Source: Fibrobacterales bacterium (GTDB lineage: Bacteria; Fibrobacterota; Fibrobacteria; Fibrobacterales; JAOPTW01). From it: a stretch of 64,000 nt of DNA. Position 1 is the stretch's first letter, and the number at the start of each line of letters is the position of its first letter. Below the pieces are notes generated by a model. It was not told the DNA's origin. It did no database searches and saw only the letters and a program-made list of their open reading frames with translations. The stretch is from NCBI GenBank assembly GCA_051532035.1, contig JAOPTW010000015.1, positions 218,653 through 282,652 of the forward strand. The letters run 5' to 3'. Made by a program: the position numbers and the translations under genes. Below, piece after piece: positions 59,782-64,000 of the stretch.

Positions 59782-59875
59782 ATGCATATGTTTGATACGC
59801 AGATGCATAACTCGGGTAACACCTTGTACTAACTCCAAAGTAAAGTCTCCTTCCTACAGGGGGCTTTATTTTTTT
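59782..59875 (+). ncRNA. Candidate ~90-nt sRNA (or flagellin-4 3' UTR element) complementary to flagellin 1/2 start regions
   Basis: Hairpin TTATGCAT..ATGCATAA with TTGATAC loop; terminator 59841-59875; complementary to 54427-54441, 55799-55813 and 55656-55669. Confidence 0.45.
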
Positions 59876-59996
59876 GTCCCATTTTCAAACACATTCTAAA
59901 CCTTATAGTCCTGAGCATTAACCCAGTGCAGTAGCACTAACTGCAGTTGTAAATCCTGTTTTAATTTCAATATTTAACAATTTAACAAGAATTACT

Positions 59997-60024
59997 TCAA
60001 GTTTCACTTTCGAGTCGTCGATAT
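59997..60024 (+). promoter_or_regulatory. sigma28 promoter, flagellin 5
   Basis: TCAAGTTT...; TCAA-N16-GTCGATAT. Confidence 0.75.
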
Positions 60025-60100
60025 TTAAACATGAGAATCAGAGTTACTGCTTTTCAACAACTGCAAGGATGCAGGATACCAATAAACATGGAGGTTTATA

Positions 60101-60967
60101 ATGCGTATTAATCACAACATCAATTCACTCATAACCCAGAATGCTCTCGGCGCCGCAAATAACGGACTTGGAAAATCACTGGAAAAACTCTCAACCGGTC
60201 TACGGATTAACCGCGCAGCAGATGATGCAGCAGGACTCTCTGTTTCCGAACAATTAAGAACACAAGTACGTGGTCTTGGTAGAGCAAAATCAAATGCCCA
60301 AGACGGTGTTGCACTCTTACAGGTTGCTGAGGGTGCGGCAAATGAGATCTCTTCTATTCTCCAAAGAATGAGAGAACTCTCGGTTCAATCGGCGAATGAC
60401 ACCCTTACTTCTACTGATAGATCGTATCTACAGCAGGAATACGTTGCACTCGCAGATGAAATCGACCGTATTGCAAATGCGACTCAATACAATACTCAAA
60501 CACTCATAGGTAATGGCGCGAATGCATTTGGTACCAGTGGATCTGAGTCTTCAATCCTTCACATTGGTGCGAATGACAATGTTGGCGTTGATAATATCAC
60601 AATGTCTATTGATGCCCTTACTACAGGGTCTCTCAGTATCTCTACTGGAGCAGGAGCAGGAACTACCATTGGTGTTTCAACACAAGCATCTGCAATGGCC
60701 TCGATCACCGCAATTGATACTGCAATTACATCAGTGAACACCATGAGATCAGACATGGGTGCCTATGTAAATAGACTTGAACATGCGATGAACAATATTT
60801 CGAATCAAGAGTTTAACACTCAAGATGCGGAATCGCGTATCAGAGATGTAGATTTTGCAACAGAATCAACAAGCTTTACCAGAAACCAGATTCTCACACA
60901 ATCATCTACTTCGATGTTGGCACAAGCAAATGCAGTTCCACAAGGAGCACTCGCTCTTATTGGATAG
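60101..60967 (+). CDS. fliC: Flagellin 5 (288 aa)
   Basis: Flagellin motifs. Confidence 0.95.
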   Translation: MRINHNINSLITQNALGAANNGLGKSLEKLSTGLRINRAADDAAGLSVSEQLRTQVRGLGRAKSNAQDGVALLQVAEGAANEISSILQRMRELSVQSANDTLTSTDRSYLQQEYVALADEIDRIANATQYNTQTLIGNGANAFGTSGSESSILHIGANDNVGVDNITMSIDALTTGSLSISTGAGAGTTIGVSTQASAMASITAIDTAITSVNTMRSDMGAYVNRLEHAMNNISNQEFNTQDAESRIRDVDFATESTSFTRNQILTQSSTSMLAQANAVPQGALALIG

Positions 60968-60997
60968 TCATTCGCTTAAACCCATATCACAAACTTC

Positions 60998-61030
60998 AAG
61001 CACCGCCTCAACAGGCGGTGCTTTACTTTT
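60998..61030 (+). terminator. Flagellin 5 terminator
   Basis: AAGCACCGCCT-CAAC-AGGCGGTGCTT followed by T-rich tract. Confidence 0.88.
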
Positions 61031-61117
61031 TACTTTAATTTCTCAACTTTCGCCACAATCTTTACTTTAAGTTTTTTGTGTTTATTTGCTTTTTTATGTC
61101 TTTCTGTTTGAAAAGTG

Positions 61118-61144
61118 TTAAGTATTTTCCCTCATGAGCGATAT
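61118..61144 (+). promoter_or_regulatory. sigma28 promoter, flagellin 6
   Basis: TTAA-N15-AGCGATAT. Confidence 0.6.
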
Positions 61145-61208
61145 AGTGATATAGAACATGGCAGTCGCAAGGATGCGGCGGTCACGCAGAAGAACATGGA
61201 GGTTTAAA

Positions 61209-62069
61209 ATGCGTATAAATCATAATATCTCGGCAATGGTTACCCAAAATGCACTGTATGCAGCAAATGGGTCACTTGGCAAATCACTTGAAAAACTATC
61301 TACCGGACTCAGAATTAATAGAGCTGCAGATGATGCAGCCGGACTCTCAGTTTCTGAAGAACTTCGTACTCAAGTACGAGGACTTGCCCGAGCCAAACTC
61401 AATGCACAAGATGGTGTCGCCCTCTTACAAGTAGCAGAGGGTGCAGCAAACGAAATTACATCTATATTACAACGGATGAGAGAACTCTCTATTCAATCAG
61501 CGAATGACACTCTTACCTCTGTTGATCGCTCGTATCTCCACCAAGAATATACGGCGCTTGCCGATGAAATTGACCGAATTGCAAACTCTGCACAGTACAA
61601 TACCATGACTCTTATTGGTAATGGTGCAAACACCTTTGGAGCAAGTGGCTCTATTGCATCTATTCTTCATGTTGGTGCAAATAACCAAGCGGGGATCGAT
61701 AACATATCTATAGGCATTGATGCTATAACTACCGGCTCACTCTCCATCACCACTGGTGGAACAGGGGCAAGTGGCGTCTCCACACAATCAGCTGCAATGG
61801 CAGCCATCTCATCCCTCGATGTCGCTATTAACTCTGTCAATGCAATGCGTTCAGACATGGGTGCGTTCGTAAATCGGCTTGAACACGCTATTAACAACAT
61901 AAATAATCAGGAATTTAATACACAGGATGCGGAGTCGAGAATCAGAGATGTAGACTTTGCCACTGAATCGACCCAATTTACCAAAAATCAAATCCTGACA
62001 CAATCATCAACATCAATGTTAGCACAGGCTAATGCTGTCCCACAAGGGGCACTCGCACTCCTCGGGTAG
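61209..62069 (+). CDS. fliC: Flagellin 6 (286 aa)
   Basis: Start corrected to MRINHN, which follows the GGAGG SD. Confidence 0.95.
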   Translation: MRINHNISAMVTQNALYAANGSLGKSLEKLSTGLRINRAADDAAGLSVSEELRTQVRGLARAKLNAQDGVALLQVAEGAANEITSILQRMRELSIQSANDTLTSVDRSYLHQEYTALADEIDRIANSAQYNTMTLIGNGANTFGASGSIASILHVGANNQAGIDNISIGIDAITTGSLSITTGGTGASGVSTQSAAMAAISSLDVAINSVNAMRSDMGAFVNRLEHAINNINNQEFNTQDAESRIRDVDFATESTQFTKNQILTQSSTSMLAQANAVPQGALALLG

Positions 62070-62090
62070 CCTTAAACAATACCATGTTCG

Positions 62091-62122
62091 AAAGGGGGCC
62101 GGCATTCGCCGGCCCCCTTTTT
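62091..62122 (+). terminator. Flagellin 6 terminator
   Basis: AAAGGGGGCCGGC-ATTC-GCCGGCCCCCTTTTT. Confidence 0.9.
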
Positions 62123-62200
62123 GGTTTTAGATTTTTTTATATCCTCATTGATATTTCCAACAACATGACGCGAAACCTAAGGTAAATACTGAGATAACGC

Positions 62201-62228
62201 TAAAGTTTTACTTGAACCTCGCCGATAC
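62201..62228 (+). promoter_or_regulatory. sigma28 promoter, flagellin 7
   Basis: TAAAGTTT...; TAAA-N16-GCCGATAC, near consensus. Confidence 0.85.
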
Positions 62229-62296
62229 TCTTTAATAGGGTAAGGCACCCTCTGTAACATGGAAGTTACAGACGCAAAGAGGCAAGGAGGCTGAAC

Positions 62297-63163
62297 GTGC
62301 GGATTAACCATAATATCAGTTCTATGATTACGCAGGATGCACTTGGCAAAGCCAATAGCAGTTTGAATTCATCATTGCAAAAATTATCAACTGGGTTACG
62401 GATTAATCATGCATCGGATGACGCCGCCGGACTCTCTGTATCGGAAGAACTACGCACACAAATCCGTGGACTCGGTCGAGCGCGCGCTAATGCGCAAGAT
62501 GGAGTTGCTCTCCTGCAAATTGCAGAGGGGGCCGCCAATGAGATTTCTTCGACACTTCAAAGAATGCGTGAACTCTCGGTACAGTCTGCCAATGACACTC
62601 TCACCTCTACCGATAGAAGCTACCTGCAACAAGAGTATGTCGCTCTCGCAGACGAAATAGATCGTATTGCAAATGCCACTCAATACAATACTCAAACAGT
62701 GATCGGCGATGGACCCAACAGGTTTGGTGCAAGCGGGTCTTCATCATCCATTCTACAAATTGGGGTCAATGCCGGTACAGGCATTGATAACATTGCTATT
62801 AGCATTGATGCCATAACCACCGGCTCCTTAGGGATCTCTACTGCAACCAGTGCCACTACTACCATCGGTGTTTCAACACAAAGTGCTGCAATGAGCTCTA
62901 TTACCGCAATAGATTCAGCCATAACATCAGTCAATACTATGCGGTCAAATGTGGGTGCTTTTGTAAATAGGCTTGAACATGCAATGAACAACATCTACAA
63001 TCAAGAGTTCAATACTCAAGATGCGGAGTCACGCATTCGTGATGTCGATTTCGCTTCGGAGTCGACTCAACTCACTCGCAATCAAATACTAACCCAATCG
63101 TCTACGTCAATGCTAGCACAGTCTAACGCTACACCACAAGCGGCACTGTCACTTATTGGCTAA
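62297..63163 (+). CDS. fliC: Flagellin 7 (288 aa, GTG start)
   Basis: Flagellin motifs; AAGGAGG SD. Confidence 0.95.
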   Translation: MRINHNISSMITQDALGKANSSLNSSLQKLSTGLRINHASDDAAGLSVSEELRTQIRGLGRARANAQDGVALLQIAEGAANEISSTLQRMRELSVQSANDTLTSTDRSYLQQEYVALADEIDRIANATQYNTQTVIGDGPNRFGASGSSSSILQIGVNAGTGIDNIAISIDAITTGSLGISTATSATTTIGVSTQSAAMSSITAIDSAITSVNTMRSNVGAFVNRLEHAMNNIYNQEFNTQDAESRIRDVDFASESTQLTRNQILTQSSTSMLAQSNATPQAALSLIG

Positions 63164-63341
63164 CATTAATTGAAAGTTAAAGACTAAGGGCTGAGTAATC
63201 ATTCCTTAAGTCATCTCCCCAACAGCAATCTTCTTGTTTCATATTTTTTATTTCATACTTCTCAGTCTTGATTTATGGTTTCAGGCATCGACCTCATGCG
63301 AAACTTATTTCAGGACTTAAGGTAAAACTTAAGAAAACAAT

Positions 63342-63369
63342 TAAAGTTTCCTCGCCCCCCCTCCGATCT
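63342..63369 (+). promoter_or_regulatory. sigma28 promoter, flagellin 8
   Basis: TAAAGTTT...; TAAA-N16-TCCGATCT. Confidence 0.75.
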
Positions 63370-63441
63370 ATCATAATAGGAGTTACTACACCTACTGGCT
63401 GCACGGAAGCAGCTGACGCAAACAAAACATGGAGGTTTATT

Positions 63442-64000
63442 ATGCGTATTAACCACAACATCAATTCGTTGATAACCCAGAATTCACTTGCAAGTGCAAA
63501 TAATGGACTGGGAAAATCACTTGAAAAACTATCTACCGGACTACGTATCAATCGAGCTGCTGACGATGCCGCAGGGCTCTCAGTTTCGGAACAGTTACGT
63601 ACTCAGGTTAGAGGATTAAATCGTGCAAAATCTAATGCACAAGATGGCGTTGCACTATTACAGGTTGCTGAAGGGGCCGCTAATGAAATTTCAAGTATTC
63701 TTCAAAGAATGCGTGAACTTTCTGTACAATCTGCCAATGACACCCTTACTTCTACTGATAGATCATATCTACAACAGGAGTATGTTGCCCTCGGTGATGA
63801 AATAGACCGAATTGCAAATGCCACCCAATATAACACACAAACCCTCATCGGTAACGGTGCAAATTCATTCGGAACCAGCGGATCATCATCATCAATACTC
63901 CACATTGGTGCAAATGACAGTGCGGGAGTTGATAACATCACAATGTCTATTGATGCTCTTACTACCGGTTCTCTCAGTATTTCTACTGGCGCAGGAGCAG
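63442..64000 (+). CDS. fliC: Flagellin 8, truncated by the window end
   Basis: Not in the ORF track; ATGCGTATTAACCACAAC... = MRINHNINSLITQNSLASANNGLGKSLEKLSTGLRIN, open to the edge. Confidence 0.93.
   Translation, partial: MRINHNINSLITQNSLASANNGLGKSLEKLSTGLRINRAADDAAGLSVSEQLRTQVRGLNRAKSNAQDGVALLQVAEGAANEISSILQRMRELSVQSANDTLTSTDRSYLQQEYVALGDEIDRIANATQYNTQTLIGNGANSFGTSGSSSSILHIGANDSAGVDNITMSIDALTTGSLSISTGAGA

Noticed and set aside
61158..61208. Arg-rich N-terminal extension on flagellin 6 in the ORF track
   Set aside because: It is the 5' leader (hairpin plus SD); all paralogs start at MRINHN.
63183..63211. Flagellin-7 terminator
   Set aside because: Only an imperfect stem (GACTAAGG/CCTTAAGTC) without a U-tract; not confident.
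63355..63361. C7 tract in the flagellin-8 promoter spacer as a slipped-strand switch
   Set aside because: Short for a contingency tract, and there is no evidence of length variation from a single sequence.
76..63941. Many 60-150 aa ORFs overlapping larger genes, including recurring antisense ORFs in flagellins
   Set aside because: Shadow frames with no recognisable motifs; recurrence reflects paralogy of the sense genes.
1..64000. CRISPR array, tRNA/rRNA, IS or prophage genes
   Set aside because: No regularly spaced repeats or recognisable RNA-gene or transposase/integrase signatures seen by eye; a tool scan could still find small elements.

Overview
Bacterial chromosomal window, most likely a flagellated Fibrobacterota member (inferred from a TIGR02147-like gene and Ser-rich-linker lipoproteins). 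Layout: (1) 1-4.2 kb, two lipoproteins plus a TIGR02147-like gene; (2) 4.5-41.7 kb, a large, visibly AT-richer glycosylation island: pseudaminic acid genes pseB/C/G/I and an SpsF/PseF-like gene but no pseH, FkbH with two ACP-methyltransferase-AAC(3) modules, a Wbp-type 2,3-diacetamido-uronic acid pathway, TagF-like and fused glycosyltransferases, with folC embedded; (3) a tandem pair of membrane class III cyclases with complementary catalytic defects; (4) housekeeping genes accD, argH, recJ, holB, envC, ftsX, a YbbR-like gene and tsaD; (5) 54.3-64 kb, at least eight tandem flagellins, each with its own sigma28-type promoter and CsrA-type ANGGA hairpin, one carrying an HEXXH protease insert (flagellinolysin-like). 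The most novel signal is non-coding. A ~70-nt unit at 55424-55494, bounded by a sigma28-type promoter and a terminator, is almost entirely complementary to the flagellin-1 5' leader including its GGA sites. A second unit (59782-59875) and the flagellin-1 3' UTR carry shared motifs complementary to flagellin-1/2 start regions, suggesting an antisense RNA network among flagellin paralogs. All calls come from reading motifs by eye; no database searches were run.
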